A DNA stretch of 64,000 bases, from assembly GCA_963827235.1 (NCBI GenBank), contig CAWHAE010000018.1:352001-416000 (forward strand). Direction: 5' to 3'. Under the pieces are notes generated by a model that was not told where the DNA came from, did not search any database, and saw nothing but the letters and a program-made list of their open reading frames with translations. Both the position numbers and the translations under genes were made by a program. Shown here piece by piece: positions 48,222 through 57,504 of this stretch (positions are counted from its first letter, which is position 1; each line of letters opens with the position of its first letter). The stretch is from an uncultured bacterium. GTDB taxonomy: Bacteria > Chloroflexota > UBA5177 > JANWHV01.

Positions 48222-49589
48222 TCAACCGCTGCTCATGGCGAGTACGCCGCTCCGGAACGGCATCCGCGCGCTGCCGTCGCTCTCGCTTACATGCGTCGAT
48301 GTGCCGGGCTCAGGCGTGGCAGAAGGCAGTCCCCATGTGCGCAGATACCGATCGACTTGCACGATGAAGGTGTCCCAGGAGAAGTTGTCGCGAAAGGCTG
48401 GCTCGGTGCCGGCCAAAGGAGACGAGGGATCCGTGTTGGGGTACTCATGCAGTACGGCACCGTGGCGAAACTCCAGGCGCAGACGAGCCGCCATTGCCGC
48501 GCCCATGCCGCTCACATGGTGCAGGCAGCCGGTTGCCAGGCCGACATAGTCGTAGAGCAGCCAGGAGCCGCCGTTCTGGTAGTCACCTGGGAATTCATGC
48601 GTGACGAACAGGTGCGGGCTCAAGTACGTGCCGTCAGCATTCGTCACTACGCGAAAGCCATCGCCAGCCGGTGGTTGGGTCTGCAGTGTGGCCGCGACCG
48701 TCGCATCGCTGAGCAGCGGTCGCTTGAACAACCACACGGCAAGAAACTCCCCGGTCAGTCCGCTGATGTCGTGGTAAGCCTGCAGGCGGCTGAAGCGGAG
48801 ATAACCGTGCTGGGGATCAGCCAGGGCCCGATAGTGCGCGACGGCTGCATCGACCTGGCCGGACGGCACAGGCAGACCCTCTGCCCGCGCAGCCAGCAGA
48901 GCATCGACATACAGGCCCTGCGTGTAGCTCAGCGTGTCCGCCCGTGGCAACCGGTAGCCGTCGGACCAATCGGCATCGGCGCCGGCCTGGCTCACGTACC
49001 AGCCGTAGGGTGCCTGCCGCTGAACATACGCGAGCGCTCTGGTCAGTGATGGGCGAGGCGGCTGCCAACCATGATGCTGTGCCTGCCAGTCCGACCAGAT
49101 GAGATAGAGAAGGGTCGACTCGTCGGTGCGGTAGAGCGGCTGCCGCAGGAAGTCGACGAACTGAGTCGGCACCTGGCCACTGGCACGCTGACGCGCGGCA
49201 AAGTGATGCAGAGAGCGTCCCGAGAGCTGTGCATCGCCGACGGCCAGAAAGGTCCAGAACGAATCACGGAGCCATACACCGGCATAGGCCCGGCTGGGGC
49301 GCACGATGGCGTAGCGGTGTGACACGTTGGATGCCCATGCCGTGGCGACCGCGCGCTGCTCCTCGACCTGAAGTGGCGTGTCATGCCAGATACAGCTTGC
49401 CGGCGTGAAAGCCGTAGGCGCACCACGTTGCTCTTCGATGAGTATCAAGAACATGAGCAGCACTATTGTACCCGCCGCAATCGCCAGCACGATGGGGGAG
49501 CCCCTACCTACGTGCTTGCGCAGTGCCAGAATGCAGTGCAGGCTTGCCCGACGCCGGACCACCGTGCGACTTTCTCCTTCCCAGATCAC
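48222..49589 (-). CDS. Membrane-anchored six-hairpin glycosidase-like protein
   Basis: N-terminal TM helix; motifs YAGVWLRDSFW, DESTLLY, DWSD and YQNGGSW typical of (alpha/alpha)6 glycosidases; start uncertain. Confidence 0.65.
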   Translation of the reverse strand: MIWEGESRTVVRRRASLHCILALRKHVGRGSPIVLAIAAGTIVLLMFLILIEEQRGAPTAFTPASCIWHDTPLQVEEQRAVATAWASNVSHRYAIVRPSRAYAGVWLRDSFWTFLAVGDAQLSGRSLHHFAARQRASGQVPTQFVDFLRQPLYRTDESTLLYLIWSDWQAQHHGWQPPRPSLTRALAYVQRQAPYGWYVSQAGADADWSDGYRLPRADTLSYTQGLYVDALLAARAEGLPVPSGQVDAAVAHYRALADPQHGYLRFSRLQAYHDISGLTGEFLAVWLFKRPLLSDATVAATLQTQPPAGDGFRVVTNADGTYLSPHLFVTHEFPGDYQNGGSWLLYDYVGLATGCLHHVSGMGAAMAARLRLEFRHGAVLHEYPNTDPSSPLAGTEPAFRDNFSWDTFIVQVDRYLRTWGLPSATPEPGTSTHVSESDGSARMPFRSGVLAMSSG

Positions 49590-49995
49590 CCGGTCCTACC
49601 CTGCGTTGACGCCGGTGACCTGTCCTCCGTGCTCCATACGCGCCGCACCGGACAGATCCCGCACCACAGGGACGATCATACAGGACATGACGGCGGCGTT
49701 CGCAGTCTGTCCTGGAGGCTCCCTGGTGTCCTCGGGCACCAGGTGCGGAGTCTCCCGTGCCGCGGAAGGTTCCGATGACCATGCCCTGCGCGTCTGGCGC
49801 GTAGCGGTGTCCGGATGTAGGTATTGCCGGTACGGCTGGCTTGCCGCTGCATGGCTCGCCGCTCAACGTGCCAAGGCTTGCAGATAGCGGGCACCCCTGT
49901 CACGCACGCGCTCAAGCGGCTAGACTATGAACGGTTGATGAATTCGCGCGGTCGTGCCGCGGAAAATGCCATTGCCGTTGACTTGAGGGTAGACC

Positions 49996-51723
49996 ATGCT
50001 CCAGACTGCTAGCGGCCGGCCCAGCGCGACGGCGAACGTCCTCGCGGCACTGCTTGCGCTGGCGGGCATCATCGACCTGGTCTCCGCGCTCACACCGGCT
50101 CTGCACGCCCGCCTCGTGCTGGTACAGGAGATGGTGGGCACATCGACAATCCAACTCAGCAAGACCGCGATTGTACTCACCGGCCTCCTGGCTATCATGC
50201 TCGCCCAGTCCCTGGCGCGGCGAAATCGTCGCGCGGCACGTCTGGCCATGGCGGCACTGCTCGCCTCGGCAGCCCTGAACCTGCTCAAGGGCCTCGACGT
50301 CGAGGAGGCGTCATTCAGCCTCTTTGTTGCTTGGCTGCTATGGCGCGCTCGACACGAGTTTGTCGTGGCAGGGTTACCCATATCCTGGCGCACGGCGGCG
50401 GTGCGCACACTGTGGTTTGCAGGGCTGTGCGTGGTGTATGCGGAAGCCGGCGCGCTCTTGCTCGCGCATCAGGTGCGCGTGCTCATGACGCTGGGACCCA
50501 CGGCGCATCCCGTCCCCTACCTGGTCGCAGCGTGCATCGGCCTGTGGTCCGATGCGCCGACCGTCAGTTACACGGGACCTACCGGCGTCTGGTTTCACCA
50601 TTCGCTCTACGCGCTGGCCTGCGTCGGCATCATCTACGCGGCAGTGCGGTTGCTGCGACCGCTCATCCCGACAACCCCGGCCACCGACGAGGAACGCGCG
50701 CATGCGAGGAGGCTCCTCCAGAGGTTCGGCACGGACGCGTTGTGCTACTTCCACTTGCGGCGCGATCGCTCCTACATCTTCGCACCCGACGGGCAAGGAT
50801 TCCTCTCGTATGCGATTCGCGGCGACGTTGCGTTGCTCGGCGGTGATCCGGTGGCAGCGCCGCAGTTCGTGAGACCACTCATCCGGTACGCACTCGACAT
50901 GTTCGCCGCGAACGGCGTGAAGGTGAGTGTGATTGGAGCGTCCGCGGAAGCCATGGCCCACTATCGCGCGCTGGGCATGAGAGCGCTCAAGATAGGCGAG
51001 GAAGCGACGGTCGATCTGCGAGACTTCGACCGCTCTCGGTTGGCCAAGCGGGTGCGTCGCGCTGCCCGCGCCATCGAAGCGCGCGGGATCGCGATGCGTG
51101 TCGGCACGATGGCCACGCTGGATCCGGCGCTGGTGCTGCAGTGTCAGGCGGTGTCGCAGGCGTGGTTGCGCGCACACGGTGGGGTCGAGCAGGGGTTCTC
51201 GATGACGAGCGGCAGCCTGCCCGGTAAGGACGACCGCGATCACCGGGTGGTCCTCGCCGTCCTGCCCGGGCAGGACGGCGCAGCAGACCGGCTCCTCGGG
51301 TTCCTCACCTTGGCTCCGGTGTCTGCCGCGAACGGCCTGTCACTCGACCACATGCGGCGGTTGCCAGACGCGCCCAACGGACTCATGGAGGCCCTGATCA
51401 TCCGCAGCGCGGAATACTTCGGCCGGGCCGGCTATGCCTGGCTGAGCCTGAATTTCGCGACACTGTGCGACAGGGAGTGTCCTGAGGGTGAAGGAGCGGC
51501 CCTGCTGGCGGCGCGCGCAGTCCTCTTTGAGGGGGCACGCCATCTGCCATTGCGGTCGCTCTACGACTTCAACAAGAAGTTCAATCCTACGTGGTCGTGT
51601 CGCTATTGGCTGTATGACAGCGGGCTCAGCCTGGTATCCAGCGCTGTCGCCACAGTGCGGGCCGAGGTATACACGCCCTCGCTGCTGCCGGGCCGTTTGG
51701 GAGCGTTGCTACGACCGCGCTGA
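49996..51723 (+). CDS. DUF2156/MprF-LysX-like aminoacyl-lipid synthase (short TM region + GNAT-like catalytic domain)
   Basis: Motifs LLKGLDVEEA, GGDPV, KIGEEA, LSLDHMRR..DAPNGLME and SLYDFNKKFNPTW. Confidence 0.87.
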   Translation: MLQTASGRPSATANVLAALLALAGIIDLVSALTPALHARLVLVQEMVGTSTIQLSKTAIVLTGLLAIMLAQSLARRNRRAARLAMAALLASAALNLLKGLDVEEASFSLFVAWLLWRARHEFVVAGLPISWRTAAVRTLWFAGLCVVYAEAGALLLAHQVRVLMTLGPTAHPVPYLVAACIGLWSDAPTVSYTGPTGVWFHHSLYALACVGIIYAAVRLLRPLIPTTPATDEERAHARRLLQRFGTDALCYFHLRRDRSYIFAPDGQGFLSYAIRGDVALLGGDPVAAPQFVRPLIRYALDMFAANGVKVSVIGASAEAMAHYRALGMRALKIGEEATVDLRDFDRSRLAKRVRRAARAIEARGIAMRVGTMATLDPALVLQCQAVSQAWLRAHGGVEQGFSMTSGSLPGKDDRDHRVVLAVLPGQDGAADRLLGFLTLAPVSAANGLSLDHMRRLPDAPNGLMEALIIRSAEYFGRAGYAWLSLNFATLCDRECPEGEGAALLAARAVLFEGARHLPLRSLYDFNKKFNPTWSCRYWLYDSGLSLVSSAVATVRAEVYTPSLLPGRLGALLRPR

Positions 51724-51875
51724 GCGCCGTCATCCCGGCAACACAGGCACACCTGCCGCCGCTTCGATGCTCGCTCCTGCTCCTCACAACCAACTCAGCC
51801 TGTGGTTCCCTGACGTGGGCGTGCAGCACAGGTTGCTCCCGAGCTATCTGAGCGCCGCAGCATGCTCGTGGCCTT

Positions 51876-54413
51876 CTACGATTGCTCCGCATGGTTCACG
51901 AGCGCCAGCCCCACGGCCTCATCCAGCGTCAAACCTCGCCCCATGGCCCAGGCTGCCTCGAAGGCTTCGCCCAGCGCCGGACGGACGGCCAGCAGCGCCA
52001 ACTCATGGGCGGCACGCCGCTCAAGCACAAGCGGCACGCCCAACGCTTCGCGCAGGGCTTCGGCCGCGCCACCGAGGCGTGCCGCCCGCCCCGGCTCTCC
52101 AGTCGCCGCGGCCACCCACACCAGTCCCTCCAGCCCTTCGGCAAGCTCATCCTGAGCGCCCATGGTGCGGCAGAGTCGCATGCCCTCCTCGAAGTGCTGC
52201 TCTGCTCGCACATACTCACACTGGGCGAACGCCACTCGCCCCAAGATGTTGAGGGATCCGGCAATGCCAAGTGTGTCGCCCAGCACCCGGAACAGCGCCA
52301 ATGCCTCCTCGTGCATGGCCATCGCCCGCAGGTGGTCGCCCTGCTCGTGCGCCAGGTTTCCCAGGAGGTGGAGCGAGGCGGCAATGTTTCGCATGTCGCT
52401 CAGCTCCCTGAACAGGGTCAGCGCCTCCTCGACCAGGGCCACTGCCCTCGCATGGTGTCCCTGCGCGTGCGCCACATGTCCCAGATTGCCCAGCAACCCG
52501 GCCATGCCGGCCTTGTCGGCGAGAGCGCGAGACCGCGCCAGGGCATCCTCATACAGCTCTGCCGCCCGTTCGAACTCGCCCTGCTGGTGCGCCACGATCC
52601 CCAGACTGTGTAGTGAAGCGGCGATGCCCTGCATGTCTTCCAGCGCCCGACGTAACTCCAGTGCCTCCTCATGAAGGCTTGCGGCTCGCCCATAGTCCCC
52701 CTGCTGGTACGCCAGATTGCCAGCGCCGGTCAGCGCCTTGGCGCGGGCCATTGGCGAGCCTCGATCGCCAGCAAGCGCAGCTTCCAGCCAACCGCGCCCC
52801 TCGGCGAGATAGCCCCGCGTCCACCAGAACCGCCAGAGCGACCCTGCGAGCCGCAGCCCGTCCTCAGCAGCGCCCTGGTCGCGTGCCCAGCCCATTGCCG
52901 CCCGAAGGTTGTCGTGCTCGGCCTCCAGCATGGCCAGCCAGCGGCCCTGGTCCGGGCCGCGCAACTGCTGCTCTGCGCCCTCCGTCAGGGCCACGTACCA
53001 GGCCAGGTGCCGGTCTCGCGCCGCTGCTTCCTCGCCGCGTTCATGCAGCCGCTCGGCGGCATACTGGCGTACCGTCTCCAGCAGGCGGTAGCGCCCCTGA
53101 TCCTCGGGCGTGTCCGCATCCTCCAGAAGCAACAGCGATTTGCTTTCCAAGCTTGCCAGTAGTTCCAACACCTGCGTTGCGGCGATGCCGTCGCCGGCGC
53201 ACACCGCCTCCGCCGCGTCCAGCGTCCAGCCGCCCGCGAAGACAGAGAGCTGCGCCAGCAGCAGCCGCTCATCCTCCCTCAGCAGGTCGTGGCTCCAGTC
53301 AAGCGTGGCCCGCAACGTGCGCTGGCGCGGCACGGCGTCCCGCGGGCCGCCGGTCAGCAACGCGAATCGATCGTTCAGGCGTGCGGCGATGACTTCCACC
53401 GGCACGCTGCCCACCCGCGCTGCCGCCAGCTCGATGGCGAGCGGCATACCGTCCAGCCGGGCGCAGATGCTCGTCACTGCTCGCACGTTCTGCGTCGTCA
53501 GCGCGAAGCCGGGCCGCCGCGCCCGCGCTACGAACAGGCGCACTGCCTCGTAGCTGGCGGCCAGTTCGGGCGGAGGCAGATGCTTGGGGTCGGGCACCGT
53601 CAGCGAGGGCACCCGCCAGCACCGCTCTCCTGTGATTCGCAGCCCCTCACGACTGGTAGCCAGGATGTGCACGTGCTGGCACGCTCGCAGCAGCGTGCTC
53701 GCCAGCATGGCGCAGGCTGCGACGAGGTGCTCGCAGTTATCCAGCAGGAGCAGCAAGCGCCTGTCCTTGAGGTAGTCGGCGAGCGTCTGCACGAGCGGGG
53801 TGCCCGCCTCCTCACGAACGCCGAGCGCCTCTGTTACGGCCTGTGCGACGACGGGAAGGTCGTCGGACGCGGCTCCGGCCAGCGGAGCGAGATCCACCAA
53901 CCAGACCCCAGCAGGATACGCGCCCAGCAGCTCAGCCGCCACCGCCAGCGCCAGGCGGGTCTTGCCCGCGCCTCCGGTCCCGGTCAGCGTCACCAGCCGG
54001 GACTGTCCGAGTTGCGCCAGCACCTCGTCACGCTCGCGCTCGCGTCCGATGAAGCTGGTGAGCTGGGCGGGCAGATTGCTCGTGGGGGCCCGTGAGTCTA
54101 CCGGCGTGGCCACGCCAATTCCGTCCGTGGCGGCCACTGCGCGCGCGATTCGTCTCTCGACGGGGCCGCTTCGGTGCGCAGCAGCGGCAAGGGCCGCTCG
54201 CTCCGCTGCCGAGAGACCCAGGGCTGCGGCGAGCATCTGCAGAGTGTCGCGCCGAGGGGCCAGGTTGATGCCTCGTTCCAGATCGGCGATTGCCCGTGCG
54301 CTCACCCCGGCCCGCTGGGCGAGCGCCTCTTGGGTCAGGCCTGCCGTGCGGCGCAGCCGGCGCAGCACGTCACCGAAACGCTGTGGCTGCGCCTCCGCTG
54401 CTTGCTCGTCCAC
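51876..54413 (-). CDS. XRE-HTH + NB-ARC-like ATPase + TPR regulator
   Basis: LTQEALAQRAGVS HTH; SNLPAQLTSFIGRE, GTGGAGKTRLA, LLLDNCEH and LDGMPLAIELAAAR; several ~40-aa TPR repeats; GTG start chosen at VDEQ. Confidence 0.9.
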   Translation of the reverse strand: MDEQAAEAQPQRFGDVLRRLRRTAGLTQEALAQRAGVSARAIADLERGINLAPRRDTLQMLAAALGLSAAERAALAAAAHRSGPVERRIARAVAATDGIGVATPVDSRAPTSNLPAQLTSFIGRERERDEVLAQLGQSRLVTLTGTGGAGKTRLALAVAAELLGAYPAGVWLVDLAPLAGAASDDLPVVAQAVTEALGVREEAGTPLVQTLADYLKDRRLLLLLDNCEHLVAACAMLASTLLRACQHVHILATSREGLRITGERCWRVPSLTVPDPKHLPPPELAASYEAVRLFVARARRPGFALTTQNVRAVTSICARLDGMPLAIELAAARVGSVPVEVIAARLNDRFALLTGGPRDAVPRQRTLRATLDWSHDLLREDERLLLAQLSVFAGGWTLDAAEAVCAGDGIAATQVLELLASLESKSLLLLEDADTPEDQGRYRLLETVRQYAAERLHERGEEAAARDRHLAWYVALTEGAEQQLRGPDQGRWLAMLEAEHDNLRAAMGWARDQGAAEDGLRLAGSLWRFWWTRGYLAEGRGWLEAALAGDRGSPMARAKALTGAGNLAYQQGDYGRAASLHEEALELRRALEDMQGIAASLHSLGIVAHQQGEFERAAELYEDALARSRALADKAGMAGLLGNLGHVAHAQGHHARAVALVEEALTLFRELSDMRNIAASLHLLGNLAHEQGDHLRAMAMHEEALALFRVLGDTLGIAGSLNILGRVAFAQCEYVRAEQHFEEGMRLCRTMGAQDELAEGLEGLVWVAAATGEPGRAARLGGAAEALREALGVPLVLERRAAHELALLAVRPALGEAFEAAWAMGRGLTLDEAVGLALVNHAEQS

Positions 54414-54776
54414 GCCCGGTTCCCCCGCCAGTGGTCTCCCAGCGACAGCTTGCAACCATCTGTTTCCAGCATAACATGGCGTTCTACTCGGCAACCGCCC
54501 TTGCGCGTGCCCACATCTTGGCACACATGTGGGTGCTCCTGTGGCTTCTGTGTGGGCATCGCGCCGGTCGCGCCGCATAGTGGGGATAAGGTGACGAAGT
54601 CACCATGAACAGTCAGTGGAGGCTGCAGCGCATTGCTGGGATCGGGTCGCGGTGCTGGCCTTCGACCGCGGCTAGAACAGTTATGCCAAGCAGAGAAACT
54701 GGCTGCAACCTGATGCAAAGGTCGCGGTGGCTCGCGACCTTTGCGTGTGTGTCGAGCTTTGGCGGAGATGAGAGAT

Positions 54777-56348
54777 ATGATGACTGGACTGATGAGACGA
54801 GGCATCGCATGCTCCGTCGTGCTGGTCGGACTCGTGATGGCGCTCCTGCTCCCCCCTGCGGTGACGGCGTCGGCTGGTGGACCTATCTGGCTCGCCACGC
54901 AGCAGGCCACGTTTAGCATGACGAACAAGACGGTGCCGTCGCTGGCCACCTATCGGAATCACGCCTACATCCTCTGGCTCGGCGATCCCGTGGGGAAGCA
55001 CAGCTATTATCAGGTCTACTTCACCACCAATGCCTCCGGAGCCTGGCAGACGCGGCTGCTGGCTGCCGTCGGGCCGGCGTATGCGGGAGCCGGAGACGGC
55101 CCACGCGTCCAGCTCGCCGTTGATCCGAGCGTCAAGCGCCTCTACGCCGTCTGGCCGGTCGGGGCAGGGCTCCTCCTGTACACGTCGGCTGATGAAGGCG
55201 CGAGCTGGCAAGGGCCGACCACGCTGGTCAAGACTACCGCGGCATCAGGGATCCTGCCCAATATCGCGCTCGCCGCGGGCGGCGGCAAGGTCGCCGTGGC
55301 CTTCGACGACAGTGCCAGCACCATGGCCAAAGGTGCCTGCCCGGACTCTGGTGTCAACGACGTCTTCGTGGTTACTTCCAACGGCGCAGCCTGGTCCGCG
55401 CCGCAGAACGTGACCAGCTGCATCTCGGTGAAGGCCAACGGCTGGCGCACGGCGCGCCTCGCCTACGACCAGACGACAGGCCGCTTCACACTTGTGGCTG
55501 AGGATGACAGCGGCAAGTACAAGCTGTGGTACGCCACCCAGGGCAGCGGCGGCGCATGGTCGACGCCCACGCTGACGCCGATGACGGGGCTGCTCTCGAT
55601 CAACAACTACAACGGCGACTATCGGGTCGCCGCGAGCGGCGGAGCGACCTACGTGGTCTATGACCTGTCCACCAAGCCGAACACCGCTTTCTCCTACGTC
55701 GACGTCTATCTCGGTACGCGTCAGTCCGGTTCTGGGTGGACGGTGCGGCGGATTACCCAGGACCCGTTCAACTGCCAGAAGTTCGATGTCGCCATCGCCG
55801 CCCTGCCTGGCCGCTTGGCCCTGGCCTACCGCTGGGGCGGCTTTTGCGCCAAACCCAGCGGGCAAAATCATGAGTACATTCATGTGCTGACGGGCATGCC
55901 GGGCCAGTTCTCGGAGGCCGTGCTGAAGCCGGCCACGCCGACGAACTGCCTGCGACCGGTACTGTCCACCGACGGCAACGTCTTTCGCCTGCTCCAGGCG
56001 TGCTACAACACCACGGGCAAGGGTCAGAACCTCTTCTACACGCCGGAGTTCTATGACGTGGTAGGACCGACCACGACCATCACCAAGGTCGTCAATTTCG
56101 GGCCGGGGACTATTGAGGTCCTCTGGACGGCCCAGGATCCGACGCCCGGTTCCGGGGTCGCCTACTCCGAGGTGCAGGTCAAGGTAAACGGCGGTGCCTG
56201 GCAGACCGTGGCGGCGGCTACCCATGCGACGCTCGTGATGTACAGGCAGGCGCAGACAGGCAACACCTACACCTTCCGCGTGCGAGCCCGGGACAAGGTG
56301 AACAACTGGGGTGCCTGGGCGATCTCGGCAACGATCAAGACCTCGTAA
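54777..56348 (+). CDS. Secreted beta-propeller (BNR/Asp-box-like) protein with C-terminal FN3 domain
   Basis: Signal peptide; Asp-box TSADEGASW; FN3 pattern W...D..PGSGVAY..V...YTFRVRARDKVNN. Confidence 0.75.
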   Translation: MMTGLMRRGIACSVVLVGLVMALLLPPAVTASAGGPIWLATQQATFSMTNKTVPSLATYRNHAYILWLGDPVGKHSYYQVYFTTNASGAWQTRLLAAVGPAYAGAGDGPRVQLAVDPSVKRLYAVWPVGAGLLLYTSADEGASWQGPTTLVKTTAASGILPNIALAAGGGKVAVAFDDSASTMAKGACPDSGVNDVFVVTSNGAAWSAPQNVTSCISVKANGWRTARLAYDQTTGRFTLVAEDDSGKYKLWYATQGSGGAWSTPTLTPMTGLLSINNYNGDYRVAASGGATYVVYDLSTKPNTAFSYVDVYLGTRQSGSGWTVRRITQDPFNCQKFDVAIAALPGRLALAYRWGGFCAKPSGQNHEYIHVLTGMPGQFSEAVLKPATPTNCLRPVLSTDGNVFRLLQACYNTTGKGQNLFYTPEFYDVVGPTTTITKVVNFGPGTIEVLWTAQDPTPGSGVAYSEVQVKVNGGAWQTVAAATHATLVMYRQAQTGNTYTFRVRARDKVNNWGAWAISATIKTS

Positions 56349-56577
56349 CGCACTGTGAGACGGCGCGGCGGGTGCGATCGTGGACGGCCTAGCGCGGTGT
56401 TGTCTCCGCCGTTGGCGATGGTTAGCCCGATCACCGCGGTCAGTTGAGTGACCATCACCGGAGTCGTCGGCTTCCCGGTGCGTACGGCGATGATGGCGGC
56501 GAGCAGCTTGCGAGAGCGCTTCTACCAGCGCCGGCGTCTCTTGCCTGGTTAACGTGCAGGAATGGTCCACGGGAGAC

Positions 56578-57504
56578 CTAGAGCGGCTGCTCATTCTTCC
56601 AGGCGACCGCATTACCCAATACGTCCGCGGCCCACTCGACTGTTGGGACGAGCTGGGCTGGAGCGGGAATGTGGTTCTGATCCGCCGTGAAAGGGCTCAC
56701 TGCCACCAGCGACACGGCGACACCGTCGCGGATCGCAGCCTCCACGATCGCCCGCACGTGCGTCAGCTGGCCGCCCGGCGGGGAGAGCATGCAGTCGTAG
56801 ACGTTGCCAAAGCCCGCGCTGTAGCCAATCTCCGCTCCATCGACGCCAAACTCAGCCGTCGCCCCGTTGAGCACGTTCTGCTGCAACGTCTGCACCACCT
56901 GCTGAGCGGTGCGCGCGCCGATTAGCTCGCCGTCGATCCTGATGTAGGAGCCGTCGCCACCCCACTTCCAGGTCACCGAATGCGCATCCTGCGCGGATGG
57001 TGCCCAGAGGGCAGAATAGTCTACCGCGAAGCCGATAGCGCTGCTGACATACTGCGCAGACGATCGCAGCGGCAAGCCGGATGGCCCAGGAGGAGCCAGC
57101 GGTCGCGGAGGAGGAGGCGACGGGCAGACGCCGCTGCAAACCAGGCCGCTCTGCACCATGATCACCTGGGCCACAATGGCCAGGAGGCCCATCGACGCGC
57201 CGACAATCGCGACGAGGAGCACCCAGGGCGCCGGCCCGGCCGTCTTGCGCGGCACCGTGCCACGCCACCGGACGTAGCCGGTCTGAGCATATGGTGCCCA
57301 TGCCGCCGGCACGGCAGGCGTGCCAAACGGCTGACCGCACCTCCCGCAATACTGTGCCGGGAGACTGCTGGCCATTCCACAGCGGCGGCAGAGGATTCCA
57401 GGCGACTGGCCTGCGGTTGCACGCATCAAGAAGTGCCCGCACTTGCCGCAGAAGCGGGCGTCCGAGCCGCTGACAGCACTGCATGTGCCACATGTGACCG
57501 TCAT
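56578..57504 (-). CDS. Double zinc-ribbon membrane protein with extracellular domain
   Basis: Four CxxC pairs, one TM helix and a Pro-rich linker; overlaps the S53 stop (ATGA). Confidence 0.75.
   Translation of the reverse strand: MTVTCGTCSAVSGSDARFCGKCGHFLMRATAGQSPGILCRRCGMASSLPAQYCGRCGQPFGTPAVPAAWAPYAQTGYVRWRGTVPRKTAGPAPWVLLVAIVGASMGLLAIVAQVIMVQSGLVCSGVCPSPPPPRPLAPPGPSGLPLRSSAQYVSSAIGFAVDYSALWAPSAQDAHSVTWKWGGDGSYIRIDGELIGARTAQQVVQTLQQNVLNGATAEFGVDGAEIGYSAGFGNVYDCMLSPPGGQLTHVRAIVEAAIRDGVAVSLVAVSPFTADQNHIPAPAQLVPTVEWAADVLGNAVAWKNEQPL

Noticed and set aside
52150-52760. ~120-nt periodic repeats
   Set aside because: These are coding TPR repeats, not a CRISPR array or DNA repeat element.
51876-54413. 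NLR/Avs-like anti-phage system
   Set aside because: No nuclease, TIR or SIR2 effector; HTH-ATPase-TPR is a common regulator architecture.
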